A DNA stretch of 64,000 nucleotides, taken from Octopus vulgaris (Eukaryota). The stretch covers positions 42,346,001-42,410,000 of the forward strand of contig OX597833.1 of the NCBI GenBank assembly GCA_951406725.2, given 5' to 3'. Position 1 is the stretch's first letter; each line of letters opens with the position of its first letter. Made by a program: the position numbers and the translations under genes. Shown here in pieces: positions 11,295 through 25,676 of this stretch. The notes beneath the pieces are model-generated. The model was not told where the DNA came from. It saw nothing but the letters and a program-made list of their open reading frames with translations, and did no database searches.

Positions 11295-11935
11295 TATCTT
11301 TTACTTGTCTCAGTCATTAGACTGTGGCCATGCTGGGGCACAAACTTGAAAAATGATTTCTGTCAAATGAATCAACCCCAGTGCTTATTTTTTTTTTAAG
11401 CCTGGTACTTATTCAGTTGGTCTCTTTTGCTGAACTGCCAAGTTATGGGGAATGTAAACATGCCAACACCAGTTGTCAAGCAGTGGTGGGGACAAACATA
11501 TATACAAAGACACACACACACATATATACATCGAGTTTCTTTCAGTTTCCATCTATCAAATACACTCACAAGGGTTTGGTTGGCCTGAAGCTATAGTAGA
11601 AGAGACTTGCTCAAGGTGCCATGCAGTGGGACTGAACCCGGAATCTTGTTGTTAGGAAGCAAGCTTCTTATTTCTTTATTGCCCACAAGAGGCTAAACAT
11701 AGAGGGGACAAACAAGGACAGACAAAGGGATTAAGTCGATTACATTGACCCAGTGCGTAACTGGTACTTAATTTATCGACCCCGAAAGGATGAAAGGCAA
11801 AGTCGACCTCGGCGGAATTTGAACTCAGAACGTAACGGTAGACGAAATACGGCTACGCATTTCACCCAGTGTGCTAGCGATTCTGTCAGCTCGCCGCCTC
11901 TTACCACAAGCTTCTTACCACATAGCCATGCCTGC
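11295..11935 (-). mobile_element. SINE family A with a nested family B copy (11670-11899)
   Basis: Reverse complements of both consensus SINEs; the A head resumes after the B copy (aagcttcttaccacatagccatgcctgcacc). Confidence 0.8.
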
Positions 11936-12399
11936 ACCTGTCTTCCTTATCTAAATCATACCACATTTCCAATGCCAAAAACTCAACCATGAAATATAAA
12001 CTTGAGAAGTGAAACACAACACATTGATGAGAAATTTAATAAATTTATTCGCTTTATTATGATTTTGGAGGAGCATCAACAGTTTTCTGTCTTACATATC
12101 AAATAATTTAGCTGCATATAGTAAGATGTGTATAGAAAAATTCAATATTGATCAATATTTTAGTGAAAGCTCTAACAATATTTACAATTTTTAATATGAG
12201 TATATTTGGAATGTGCCTTAAGTTTCTCCCTATAGAAAGTCACCAAATATTTTAACTAATATATATATCATATAAATTGTAGCAATTACATACTAGATAA
12301 TGTACACCTTTCATGCATATCATACTGACTTAAATTTAGTAGCTCAGCCTATGTTCCATTGTCTATAATTCAAATGACTTACAACCCACATTAGACTGC

Positions 12400-13820
12400 A
12401 GCTCAGTTGTGATGATACAGACAGAACCTTTTCAAAGCAACTGTCGGACATCAGTAATGGCACTTCGGTTGGCGAGAAGGATGGCTGGGTAAGCTTGCCT
12501 TTTCGACATATGGTATCTGATTTAAAGGAACTAATGAATAAGGTGTTTCCTAACCTGAGGAATCAGTTTACAGACCACAACTGACCATTTTAGTTCCAAA
12601 GAACGTGGCAGTTGATGGTTTGAACATCAAACTTCTGGAACAGTTGCCAGGTGAGCGTCACATCTAAAATTCCATTGACACTGTACTCAACATTGATGAA
12701 GCTGTGAATTATCCAGTTGAATTCTTGAATAGTCTAACACCACCTGGCCTCCTATCTCACAACTTGCACCTCAAGATTGTAGTACAGTTATGCTGCTTTG
12801 AAACCTTGATCGACTAAAGCTTTGCAATGGCACATGACTTATGATAAAGAAGATGATGCCAACAATCTTGGAGACAACAATTTTAATTACTAAAGCAAGC
12901 GGTGAGCCTATATTCATTCCTAGAATTCCACTTATTCCCTCAGATAGGCCTTTCCAGTACAAGTGCTTGCAATTCTCATTGAAACTGAGCTTTGCAATGA
13001 GCATTAACAAGGCCCAGAGGCAGACCTTGAATGTAGTAGGTCTGAACTTGGGGGAACCGGGTTTCTCCCATGGTCAACTTTATGTGGGATGTTCAAGAGT
13101 CAGCAATCCTAATCATTTGTTTATTTATGCCCCACGAGGAAAGACCAAAAATGTTGTTTATCAAGAAGCTCCGCAAACTTAATAAGATTCACCAAATCAT
13201 CAGGTATTTATAATTTAACTGTAATATTTGAAAGTGTTGTAAATGTATTGATAATCTACATGTTATTTTATTCTTAAATCTATATGGAAATTTATTTGTA
13301 TGTCTACTGTAAAACTAAATGTCAGTCTGTTTCTACATTCATTGTAAATCTAGTTCAACGCTAGTGCCCCTAAGGGCTATATTCTCAGGAATGCACAAAA
13401 GCCCTTTTCAGAGTTATTTACTTTGAATTGTTATTATCTCATATTTGATTAACCTGTTATTACATAACATGCTTCACGATTTTGGTATACATACCTTATT
13501 GGCATTTCCACCTAAGTTCTATATACTCTGGAAATGCATTAAAGCCATTTTCAGGGCTACTTTATTTGAATTATTACTATTGGGTAACTAATTCCAAGTT
13601 ATTATGTAACTGACTTCATGACTTGGGTATTCATAACTTATTGGGATTTCCTAAAAACAAGATCCTGTGTAAGACAGTTTGGTATTTTCTGTAAATGCAC
13701 AAAAAACATTCTAAGGGTTTCATACTTTGTATTGTTGTTATTGTATTAGCAAAACAATTATGAGAATGGAACCAAAGGATAAGCCCCACTTTACCGGGAA
13801 TTACTGGGTACATCAGCTAG
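12400..13820 (+). mobile_element. Helitron remnant with PIF1-like helicase C-terminus and 3' end
   Basis: ORF 12841-13182 IPRIPLIP..LSFAMSINKAQ.QTL..VGL....FSHGQLYVGCSRV; 3' short hairpin followed by CTAG (13817-13820) then T; 5' boundary approximate. Confidence 0.9.
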
Positions 13821-13851
<31 letters not shown>

Positions 13852-14703
13852 AAGAGAAAGAGAGAGAGACATAGGTATAGAAAGAAACACCTTATAAATA
13901 ATAATGGCTTACTGTCAGAATTTCAAACTATGTTCAATTATCTGAAATATCAGGTTCACTGAATTAGTGTGTAATTGACACAGTATTCCATAGACATGTA
14001 TATCCTTAATGTTATTGTATTTTCAGGTAGAATCAGTGTAACACAATGTGACAAAGCAGGACCTTTGAATTACAGGCACAAATCTATTTGATGGGCTTTT
14101 GCACAACTTCCGTCTGCCCAATGTCACTCACATAGTATGGATTGAGTTGTGGCTATAGAAAATGACATTTGCTCAAGATGCTCAAATGATGTTCGCTCAG
14201 GGTGTATACAAATATACATTTGCTCAAGACGTATACAAACATACATTCATGCAGATGTATGCATACATATGTACAGTATGTGTATGCATTCTCAACACCT
14301 TCCTCTTTGGCTCATCTTATATAACAATGTAATTCTAGTGTCTGCACTAAAGATGCACATAATGCTAAAGCTAACTCCCAAGCAAATTTAGAAATTATTG
14401 AATATTAAAATTTATTAGGGAAAAATATTTGCTTGGAACTATTTTTCACTAGTCAATAAATAACAACTTCAGAGAAAAAAAAAAAAGCATTCCTCATATA
14501 CTTCAGTCTCTTACATAAGACAAATGAACAAATCTTCCTCCACCACCACAGAATGAAACTTTGATTTAACAGATTAATAGTAGGGAAGGCCTGTTCATCA
14601 TTGCTATAAATGCATTAAATTGAAGGGTGCAAATTTGAAAGTTATCAATGTTAAAAAGAAAAAAGCATTAATGCTGTTCATAATGCATAACAGATAATTA
14701 TTC

Positions 14704-14871
14704 ATCATCATCATCGTTTAGTGTCCGCTTTCCATGCTAGCATGGGTTGGACGGTTCAACTGGGGTTTGGGAAGCCAGAAGGCTGCCCCAGGCCCAGTCT
14801 GATCTGGCAATGTTTCTGACTGGGCCTGGTGCAGCCTTCTGGCTTCCCAGACCCCAGTTGAACCGTCCAAC
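14704..14871. repeat. RTE tail fragment folded back on itself (inverted arms 14746-14871)
   Basis: gttggacggttcaactgggg...ggcccagtc followed by gactgggcc...ccccagttgaaccgtccaac. Confidence 0.85.
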
Positions 14872-15721
14872 ATTTATATTTAACATTATATTTGACATTT
14901 ATTTTCCTTTCTGATAATGCAGTTGTAGAGTATTGTGCCATGATCATAGTTGTACTAGAGAATTGCATTATCCTTATTTGGTTCATTAAATCTGAAATTC
15001 ATTTATTTGGAGTCTGTTAACTGAATGCTTACTATCAATTTATCTGTCTGTTTATCTTAGCATAATGGCCTAGTGATAAGAGTGTTGGATTCACAATCAT
15101 AAATCCTAATGTATTGTGTTGTTGAGCAAGGCACTTCATTTCATGCTGCTTTAGTCCACTTGGTAAGCAATTAGGAGTTAACCTTGTACCAGACAAGAGT
15201 CTCATCTAGAGACTGACTTGTACTCTCAGTAGCTTAATGCTTTAGAAATTAAGATAAGCAATGGTTCAATATACCTGTAGATTCGAGACAGGTGTTAACC
15301 TATTTTATTGGTATGTTATTATCTGTTATCTTTTACTTGTTTTCAGGTGGACAATGATCACACTTGGGCAACATCTCGGAGGGATTCTACTCAATCAGAT
15401 CAACTCCAGTACATATTTTTAGATCTGATACTTATTCTATTGAGCCCTTTTGCTGAAATGCTATGTAGCAGTGTTGTAAAGAAATCAACACGCATACATA
15501 GACATTTATATATATATAATAATAATAACAATAACAACAATAACAATAATAATAATAATAATAATAATTATAACTCCAAACTTACAGGGAAAAATTCAAT
15601 TTAGTATTAAATCAAATTTTGTGCAGTAATAGGTTGTCTTTGACAATATTTGATGTTATGTGAAGAAGTTGATCAGCAGATTAAGTAACATTTTGAATAA
15701 CATAATTGTGGTTTTTCTCTA

Positions 15722-15764
<43 letters not shown>

Positions 15765-16379
15765 AGGCTTTCATCTACTAAATTCATTCACAAGGCATTG
15801 GTTGATACAGTGCTATAGTAGAAGACACTTGTCCAAAGTGGCACACAGTGGGACTGAACCTGTGGTTTCAAAGGAAGCTTCTTAACCACGGCAATGCTTA
15901 CACGTCTTGTTATTTTTGTAGATAGCTATTTTCAGAAAACTGGCCATATAGTTAACATTATTCACTGTTTGAGTGAATAGACATGCTCTGAGTATACTCT
16001 TGTACATTGGAGGGGGACAACAGGGAGAACGCACTTGTTTTATTGGTCAGGGGGATCATGGTTTTTGTTGGGCTTCCAGGAGCTGTCCTCACTTTTGGAG
16101 AATTTATCTTTGAAATTTGTCTTTGTTGTTATATGCAATCCTATACTGTATCATCCCATACCATCTGTGATCTTTGCATCAACCCTTATTAAAAAAGGCA
16201 TTATTTTTTTTCTTATTTCTTTACTACCCACAAGCGGCTAAACACAGAGAGGACAAACAAGGATAGACAAACGGATTAAGTTGATTATATCGACCCCAGT
16301 GCGTAACTGGTACTTAATTTATTGACCCCAAAAGGATGAAAGGCAAAGTCGACCTTGGCGGAATTTGAACTCAGAAGGC

Positions 16380-16516
16380 ATTATTATTATTATTATTATT
16401 ATTGAGTGAGAGAGCAGTGCATGCCATCAAAATGACACTGGGGTAAAATATACGAAACTCAGTATACCCATCATGAGTACCCGTCTGATAAGGGTACACC
16501 AGGCACATGCATCACA

Positions 16517-16550
<34 letters not shown>

Positions 16551-16790
16551 GAGTGAGAGAGCAGTGCATGCCATCAAAGTGACACTGGGGTAAAATATAC
16601 CAAGCCCAGTATACCCATCATGAGTACCCGTCTGATAAGGGTACACCAGGCACATGCATCACATATTATTATGATTATTATTATTATTATTATTGTTGTT
16701 GTTGTTATGATTATTATTATCATTATTATTATTGTTGTTGTTGTTATTGTTATTATTATTATTATTATTATTATCATTATTGTTGTTGTT
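16380..16790. repeat. Two tandem ~118-bp retro-tail copies separated by (TTA)n, plus a (TTA/TTG)n microsatellite
   Basis: gagtgagagagcagtgcatgccatc...gcacatgcatcacata at 16403-16519 and 16551-16666. Confidence 0.85.
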
Positions 16791-17397
16791 GTTGAGGCAG
16801 TGAGCTGGCAGAATCATCAGGATGGGCAAAATGCTTAGTTGCATTTCTTCAAGCTCTTTATGTTCAGAGTTCAAAGTCCACTAAGATTGGTTTTGCTTTT
16901 ATCCTTTTTGGGTTGATATACTAAATCCCAGTTGAGGACTAGGGTTGATAAAATAAGTACCAGTTGAGCACTGGGGGGTTGATGTAATCTACTTCTTTCT
17001 CCCCTCAAAATTGCTGGCCTTGTGTCAATAATTAGAAATAACTATTGTTATTTACTTGGAAACTTGCTATTTATATTCTGAGCTCAAATCTGATGTCATC
17101 ATCCTTTCATTCTTATAGGGTTAATAAAACAAAGTACAAGTGAAGTACATGGGGTCGAAAGTTTAACTCCTTTACCCCAAATTTGTGACCTTCTGCTTAT
17201 GTTAGAAATCATTGTTTATTTGGGAAAGATTTTGTGCAGTAATAGGTTGTCTTTGACAATATTTGGTGTTATGTGAAGAATTTGATCAGCAGATTAATTA
17301 AGTAACATGATGAAATATTTATAATCATCTTAGAGTGGAATATTTCATTGAAGTGTGAAGTCGATAATGAAACTAAAATAAAACCTTAATACATATT

Positions 17398-17408
17398 GAG
17401 AGAGAGAG

Positions 17409-17507
<99 letters not shown>

Positions 17508-17516
17508 TAGACAGAC
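17398..17516. repeat. (GA)n/(GACA)n microsatellite immediately 3' of the copine stop codon
   Basis: Direct reading. Confidence 0.95.
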
Positions 17517-17525
17517 AAAAAAGTC

Positions 17526-17630
17526 CTATGTCTGTTTTTCTATTGGCATCAAATTTCTTGATCGAAAATAGGACACAACCTGGCCTGGTACCTCAGCTAA
17601 AACATTGCGTGCAAGTTCAGCACTTGAGCT
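17526..17630 (-). CDS. CPNE3: Copine last coding exon (SSSAELARNVLAEVPGQVVSYFRSRNLMPIEKQT*)
   Basis: tttcag| acceptor; LA..VLAE.P.Q...YF C-terminal copine motif; TAG stop at 17526-17528. Confidence 0.94.
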   Translation of the reverse strand, partial: SSSAELARNVLAEVPGQVVSYFRSRNLMPIEKQT

Positions 17631-18954
17631 CTGAAATAGAAGAGTTATATTGTTAAAGACATATATACATACATACGAAGATAAACATTTCCAGGGAAAT
17701 AAAGTTAAGGTGAAACAAAAATGGAGGTAGATTTGAAACAAGGGAGGAAAATAGATAATTGCAATATGTTTGCTTGAGGTTAATGCTCCATATATTCAGC
17801 CCCTAAACAAGCTAACCAAATATTGGTAAAGAACCAGTTACTAACATATTCTAAATATCTATTTCTTTATTGCCCACAGGGGGCTAAGCATAGAGGGGAA
17901 AAACAAGGTCAGACAAAGGGATTAAATTGATTACATCGACCCCAGTGCATAACTGGTATTTATTTAATCATCCCCAAAAGGATGACAAAGTTGACTTGGT
18001 GGAATTTGAACTCTGAATGTAATGGCAGACGAAATACTGCTAAGCATTTTGCCCGGCATGCTAACGATTCTGCCAGCTCGCCACCTTAATATTTGATCCA
18101 CCAATATGCCTCCTCCTCCTGTCCTCCTTGAGATTACTTGAACAACTGGAGATATATAGAAAGGCTGGAGTGATTTCACCAACAGTAAACTTGGCATCCA
18201 ATGGTGAATGTATGCTAAGTAACTTTGAAATTACACACTAGACAATCTAGGCATTCACCTCAATGTCATCAAAATTTTCTTAATCTAACTAAAAACATGA
18301 AGTCTCCAAAAGCAAGTGAAGTCATTTATAGAACAGAAGTGGATGGAGGATAGTATTGGAGGTGGGCAGGGAAGGGAAGATGAGAGAATCTAGAGGATTT
18401 ATTAAATGAGTTGCCCCCCCCCCCAAAAAAAAAAACGCCCATTAATATTATGTCAGGAAGCAAATTTACTCAATGCTATGCATATTGGTTTCAAAATTTG
18501 CCACAAGGGCAGTAATTTTGGGGGAGGGAATAAGTTGATTACATCGACCCCAGTGTTCGACTTGTACTTATTTTATGGACTCCTAAAGGATGAAAGGTAA
18601 AGTCAACCTTGGTGGAATTTGAACCCAAAACAAAGATGAACGAAATGCTGCTAAGCTTAAGCTTTAGTCTGGTATGCTAATGATTCTGCCAATTTGCTGC
18701 CTTAATGCTATGCATAATAATAAACCCATACATATTTTGTGCACAAATTAATTATAATTCTTCAAATGCATTTTTCATTTGGTGTAGGAATTTGTAGGTA
18801 AAAAACTGTTAAAGGTGTCACACATTGTAAGGCTAAGAGAAGGGGAAGCACAGTGTATAACTGTGATTAGTTGATTGTAGGACAGGAAGAAGAGGAGACA
18901 TTGTACGCCTGGAAGAAGAGGGTGAGCATTGTAAGATTGGAAGAAGGTGCACAC

Positions 18955-19552
18955 TGAGAGAAGGGAGTACACAGTCTAGGGCTGGGAGAAGGGAGTACAC
19001 AGTTTAAGGCTGGGAGAAGGGAGTACCCAGTCTAGGGTTGGGAGAAGGGAGTACACAGTTTAGGGTTGGGAGAAGGGAGTACACAGTCTAGGGTTGGGAG
19101 AAGAGAGTACACAGTTTAGGGCTGGGAGAAGGGAGTACACAGTCTAGGGTTGGGAGAAGGGAGTACACAGTCTAGGGCTGGGAGAAGGGAGTACACAGTC
19201 TAGGGCTGAGAGAAGGGAGTACCCAGTCTAGGGTTGGGAGAAGGGAGTACACAGTTTAGGGTTGGGAGAAGGGAGTACACAGTCTAGGGTTGGGAGAAGA
19301 GAGTACACAGTTTAGGGCTGGGAGAAGGGAGTACACAGTCTAGGGTTGGGAGAAGGGAGTACACAGTCTAGGGCTGGGAGAAGGGAGTACACAGTCTAGG
19401 GCTGGGAGAAGGGAGTACACAGTCTAGGGCTGAGAGAAGGGAGTACCCAGTCTAGGGTTGGGAGAAGGGAGTACACAGTCTAGGGCTGGGAGAAGGGAGT
19501 ACACAGTCTAGGGCTGGGAGAAGGGAGTACACAGTCTAGGGCTGGGAGAAGG
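18955..19552. repeat. 28-bp G-rich minisatellite (~21 units), GGGAGAAGGGAGTACACAGTCTAGGGCT
   Basis: Period 28 read directly; lies in the last copine intron. Confidence 0.95.
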
Positions 19553-20394
19553 GCAGGGGCACACTGAAAGAGTGACCTAGGTCACTGAATACCCTGGCAT
19601 TGGCCCTGTCCCACAAATCATACAGTGTGTGCTATGTGTTCCTGCAGAACATATGCCATGTACAAAACTGCTACAGCTCAGTGGTTGAAAGCATATAGGC
19701 TAGATTTTTTACATTCTCGGTGATAATCTAAGCATTTCTAAATTCAATGATATTTCACACAGGTATAGCTGGGTGGTTAAGAAGTTCACTGTGCAACCAC
19801 ATGTGTCTGCGTTCAATTCCATTGTGCAACACCTTAAGCATGTAAGCATTTTCTAGTATAGCCTTGGATTGATCAAAGTCCTGTGAGTAAAATTTGGTAT
19901 GAAGAAACTGTGTGGAAGCTTGCAGTATCTTTTAACTTTTATCTTTTACTTGTTTCAGTAATTAGACTGCAGCCATGATGGGGAACTGCCTTGAAGAAAT
20001 TTTAGTCAAACTAATTGACCCTAGTACTCATTTTCTTTATGAGTCTGGTACTTATTCTACTGATCTCTTTTGCCAAACTGCTAAGTTACAAGGGCATAAA
20101 CACACCAACACTGGTTGTCAATTGGTGGTGGGGCACACACACACACACTATGGGCTTCTTTCAGTTTCCATCTACCATATCCACTCACAAGGCTTTGGAC
20201 AGCCCAAGACTATAGTAGAAGACACTTACCCAAAGTGCCATGCAGTGGGACTGAAACTGGGACCATGTAGTTGAGAAGCATACTTCTTATCACACAGCCA
20301 CACCTGCACCTGTATGTCTACATCTTTTATGATGTATATCATCGAAAACTACGAACATTGATGGGTTGGGAGCATATATGATTGTAGAGGTGAT

Positions 20395-20721
20395 TTAAAA
20401 GACTCTGCCGGTTACGACGACGAGGGTCCCAGCTGATACGATCAACGGAACAGCTTGCTCATGAAATTAACGTGCAAATGGCTGAGCATTCCACAGACAC
20501 GTGTACCCTTAACGTAGTTCTCGGGGATAATCAGCGTGACACAGAGAGTGACAAGGCTGACCCTTTGAAATACAAGTACAACTCATTTTTGCCAGCTGAG
20601 TGGACTGGAGCAACGTGAAATAAAGTATCTTGCTCAAGGACACAACGCGTCGCCGGGAATCGAACTCACAACCTTACGATCATGAGCCGAATGCCCTAAC
20701 CACTAAGCCACGCGCCCTCAC
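20395..20721 (-). mobile_element. Full-length young SINE family C with TSD
   Basis: TSD tgtagaggtgat (20383-20394, 20722-20733); near-identical reverse complement of 49177-49505. Confidence 0.9.
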
Positions 20722-21050
20722 TGTAGAGGTGATAAAACTGAAGATATGGATATAATGAATGTCATATCTGTATACTGATGTAATTGTTTCGTGTATTAAT
20801 TAATTTTATTGAAAAGTTGTAGAAAGAGCTGGGAGAAGAGGGAGCATGTTGTATGGCCAGGAAAAGGAAGTGTACATTGTAGGACTGGAAGAAGTGGGGA
20901 GGAGACACATGATGTATGGCTAGGAGAAGATGGTGTACATTGTAACGCAAGAAGAAAAGGGTGAGACCGACGTGTATAGGCCATTGCAGCAGCTGCCGTG
21001 CTCCACACGTGGGTCCTAGACATGCGGCGGCTTCAAGCCCTTCGATTTAA

Positions 21051-21280
21051 AGCGGCGAGCTGGCAGAAACGTTAGCATGCCGGGCGAAATGCTTGACAGT
21101 TTTTCTTCTGTCTTCGTGTTCTGAGTTCAAGTTCCGCCGAGGTCGACTTTGCCTTTCATCCTTTCGGGGTCGATAAATTAAGTACCAGTTACGCACTGGG
21201 TCGATGTAACCGACTTAATCCCCTTGTCTGTCCTTGTTTGTCCCCTCTATGTTTAGCCCCTTGTGGGCAATAAAGAAATA
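21051..21280 (+). mobile_element. SINE family B
   Basis: Matches 10572-10790, 51891-52123 and 56359-56585. Confidence 0.85.
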
Positions 21281-22669
21281 AGAAGAAAAGGGGGAACACT
21301 GAAAGTAGGGAGCACACATTGTAGGGTTGGGAGAAGAAGGTGTGTGTTGTAGGGCTTGGAACTAGATCAAAGACTGGCCCCAAAAGATTTATATGATATT
21401 TATTGAATGAATTGAGTATAAGTGTCTGTGCCTGTTGTAATTGAATTGGATGTATCTCTGGAATAAATGTGAAATAAATGATTCTTTGGTTATTAAATAT
21501 ATAAAATAGTACATAAATATCCAAGAAAAAATAGGCTTCAATTGTTATTTACACTCATATTATTTTGTGTCTCGACATATTTCAATTTCAGCATGTGATT
21601 TTGGACCATATCATATGTCAAATATGTAGGACAAAGGAATAATTTCAGGAAATGCATAGTTCAAAGAGATAGTAGCTACAATGCATATTCATAGGTGGCA
21701 TGTAAAAAGCACCCACTACACTCACGGAGTGGTTGGCGTTAGGAAGGGCATCCAGCTGTAGAAACATTGCCAGATAAGACTGGAGCCTGGTGCAGCCTTC
21801 TGGCTTCCCAGATCCCTGGTCGAACCGTCCAACCCATGCTAGCATGGAGAACGGACGTTAAACGATGATGATGATGATTTGAGTATATATACAATATGGC
21901 TTTTACAGTTTAAATTTAGATATGATCTATGAATAAGATAACTATGATAAGGAATAAGACAACTGTGATTGGTTAAAATTCTGACACCAGTATAGTGATG
22001 TGTTCATAACAAAGACACATAACTCTTGCAGGTCCAATACATCTGACTGCAAATAGGTACCTAAGAGCAAGGCTCACTTCACAGCACATTGTATTTAATT
22101 GTATTTTTAATAAATTTTAATTGACTCTCCGTCTTTTCTTGACAAGAGTTAGTCATTAACCCTTTTGTTACTGTATTTATTTTGAGATGCTTTTCGTTTC
22201 TTTCAGTTACTTTAAATATAACAAAGGATTTAGTGAAATAACTTAGTTATCATTCAGCTAGTGTTAGGAACATAAATTGTGACTAAAGGTTTGGTGGAAG
22301 ATTTTAATTCAGAACTTTTGAAAACAAGACATTAATACTGAGAGCCAGAGCCGGTTTCAGCTGGGTTGGTAACGAAAGGGTTAAGATAATGATTGTTTCT
22401 CTATGAGTGTAATTCTAATTAAAATTTCTTGGTTCACTAAATTAAGTATACTGGCTTCTACTTTATTGTTTCATGAAGGTACTTCAGAGTAGTATAATAA
22501 ATACTCTAATCAGCTGTATCACTGTAAACTCATCAAATTCATTCAATTGTTAATTTGCAGCACTGAGTTTAGTTCTGTTCACCAGAAAAATTATGTGCAG
22601 CAGATTAGTGTTGTATGTTGAAGAATGTTTGTTTCTCACCTGCTTACTGTTGGAAAAAACCTACTAGAA

Positions 22670-23790
22670 TATAAAATGACATGTGCCCCAGCAAGGTAAA
22701 AATGACATGTACCTCATAACATAACTCAATGACATAAAATGACATGTACCTAAGCAACATAAATATGACACATACCCCAGCAACATAAACATGACACGTA
22801 CCCCACTGATATAAAAATGACAAATACCCCAGCAACATAAGCATGATATGTATCCCAACAACATAAAATGACATATACCCAAGCAACATAAGCATTATGT
22901 GTAACCCAGCAACATAAAAATGACGTGCAACTTAACAACATAGACTGACAATCTATCTGCGGCTTTATATCGCTATGGTAAGACCTCACCTGGAATTTGC
23001 ATCATCGGTCTGGAACCCCTATCTTGCCCAGGATATCAATCGTCTGGAAGCCGTTCAGCGACGTGCAACCAAAAGAATACATTCCATCAGGCATTTGCCA
23101 TATCCTGAACGCCTTACTTCCCTGGGCATGGACACATTGAAACTCCGACATCTGGCAGCTGACTTGGCAGACACCCATAAAATTATTAAACATCTTACTA
23201 ACAATAACTCTGAGCACCTTTTCAAACTCCACCCGTCTAACACCCGTGGACATATTTACAAAGTCAGAAAACAGCACAGGTCCCATGACTTTCAGAAACA
23301 TTTTTTCACGCTGAGAGTTGTTGAAGCATGGAACAAACTGCCGACATCAGTTGTTAGTTGTCGGAGCACTGCATCCTTCAAAACTTCCATGCTTTCTGAG
23401 ATTTGCCAACACTACACTTGATTTTCTCCCCTCTATACACACGCAAGCATGTATCTGACTCATACACTGTTCGCTTTCCAGACATTTGTACATTACTGCA
23501 TATGTTTTATATGCATTTTCTGACAAGTTGTGGTGCACCTGGTCACTGTATACAATAATCTCATTATTATTATTATTTTATAAAAATGACATTACCCCAA
23601 CAACATAAAAATGACATACCCAAGCAACATGAAATGACATATATCCCAGCAACATAAAAATGATATGACATGGACCCCAGCAGCATATATTGACATGTGC
23701 AGCGGCAGCAAAATGACATGTATGTACCCCAGCAACTTAAGCACACCATGTACCTCAGCCAAATAAGCATGACAGTTACTCCAAGCAACC
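22670..23790. repeat. Degenerate ~26-bp minisatellite (aaaatgacatgtaccccagcaacat) split by a CR1 insertion
   Basis: The same motif recurs at 22670-22945 and 23580-23790. Confidence 0.75.
22955..23577 (+). mobile_element. 5'-truncated CR1-like LINE (ORF2 C-terminus, 3' UTR, (ATT)n tail)
   Basis: ORF 22975-23421 VRPHLEFASSVWNPY...LEAVQRRATK...YPERL..L...TRGH..K...FFT.RVV..WN.LP. Confidence 0.92.
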
Positions 23791-23858
23791 TAGAGGCAAC
23801 GAACAATACCATGAAACTAGCTTGAGCTAAGCTAACTAATTTTAAAAAACAATCTTCA

Positions 23859-24131
<273 letters not shown>

Positions 24132-25533
24132 TTATATAAGAATATCATCTATGAGCAGCATATCATATAAGGAATCCCAACAGAGATAAAGACAGATTAA
24201 TAACAATTTGTAATATAGATTTGTGGGGAGGAGTAAAGTCAATTTAATTTGTCGCAGTACATAACTGGCATCGAATGTTGTTGACCATAGAAGGAAGAAA
24301 GGCACAAACTTGATTATAGATATGGGTGAGCATTGACTGGAGTTCAGAACATAAAGGGACATAACTAAATACCTTTGAGTGAGGAGTATAGTTGAATGAA
24401 TTGACCTAAGTACTGATTATTGGTTTCAAATTTTGGTACAAGGTCAGGAAATTTGGAGGGGGCCAGTTGAATATATTAACCCCAGTGTTCAACTGGTACT
24501 TATTTCATAAATCCTGAAAGGATGAAAGGCAAAGTCATCCTTGGCAGAATTTGAATTTAGAACATAAAAATGGATGAATTGCTGCTAAGCATTTTGTCTG
24601 GCATACTTATGATTCTTATTTCTTTATTGCCCACAAGGGGCTAAACATAGAAGGGACAAACAAGGACAAAGGGATTAAGTCGATTACATCGACCCCAGTG
24701 TGTAACTGGTACTTAATTTATTGACCCGGAAAGGATGAAAGGCAAAGTCAACCTCGGCAGAATTTGAACTCAGAACGTAATGGCAGACGAAATACCACTA
24801 AGAATTTCACCCGGCATGCTAACGTTTCTGCCAGCTCACTGCCTCAAAGTTGTTACAGGGATGTAAACACACCAGCATCGATTGTGAAGCGATGTTGGGG
24901 GGGCGGACAAACACAGACACACAAACATATACACACACATACATATATATGACGGGCTCCTTTCAGTTTCCGTCTACTAAATCCATTCACAAGGCTTTGG
25001 TTGGCCTGAGGCTATAGTAGAAGACATTTGCCCGAGGTGCCACGCAGTGGGACTGAACCCAGAACCATGTGGTTGGTAAGCAAGCTACTTACCACACAGC
25101 CACTCCTATGCCTTTGCTAGCATGGAAAGAAGTTTTCCGAGTTCTCCCAGTTTTACCTTTGTTCCTACACACACACACAACAGACTTCCATGCAGTTTCT
25201 ATTTATTAAATTAACCCACAAAGCATTGGGCTATATTAGAAGACACATGCCCAAGGTGCTGGCTCATTGTGTTCAAATTCCTTCAAGGTCAATTCTGCCT
25301 CTCATCCTTTCAGATTTGCCCATCCTTGTATTGTCCCTTCTCCACTGGCACTTTTCTCCTCCACCTTGTTACTGTCCCTCCATTCTAGTAGAATCCTCCC
25401 ACATTTGTAATGTCCCCCTCCACCCTGGTACTAACCTCTCCTTTTTAGTAATGTTCCCACTACCCTGATAATGTTCTGTCCCCATGGGTATTATCCCTCC
25501 ATTTTGGAAAGTGGAATTAAAACAAATCCTTAC

Positions 25534-25676
25534 TGCTGCTCCTTTTGTAGCCTCTTCATTCTGCGCTGCAAAAGCAAATTTTGCCACATGTCGAATAATA
25601 GGGGCTACATTTGTTGGCCCCCACAGCTGTATCTGGCGAATGCAGTTCTGGTAAGCAGTTAGAACACCATGAATCC
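25534..25676 (-). CDS. CPNE3: Copine coding exon 12 ([47 protein letters not shown])
   Basis: gcag| acceptor, GCA|gtaagg donor, 143 nt; L.GPTN..PII.HVA motif. Confidence 0.95.

Noticed and set aside
16574-16874. Poly-I/N/V ORFs (likewise 37995-38311 and 47200-47543)
   Set aside because: Translations of microsatellites.
18955-19552. Regular 28-bp repeats as a CRISPR array
   Set aside because: Head-to-tail units without unique spacers, in eukaryotic intronic DNA with no cas genes.
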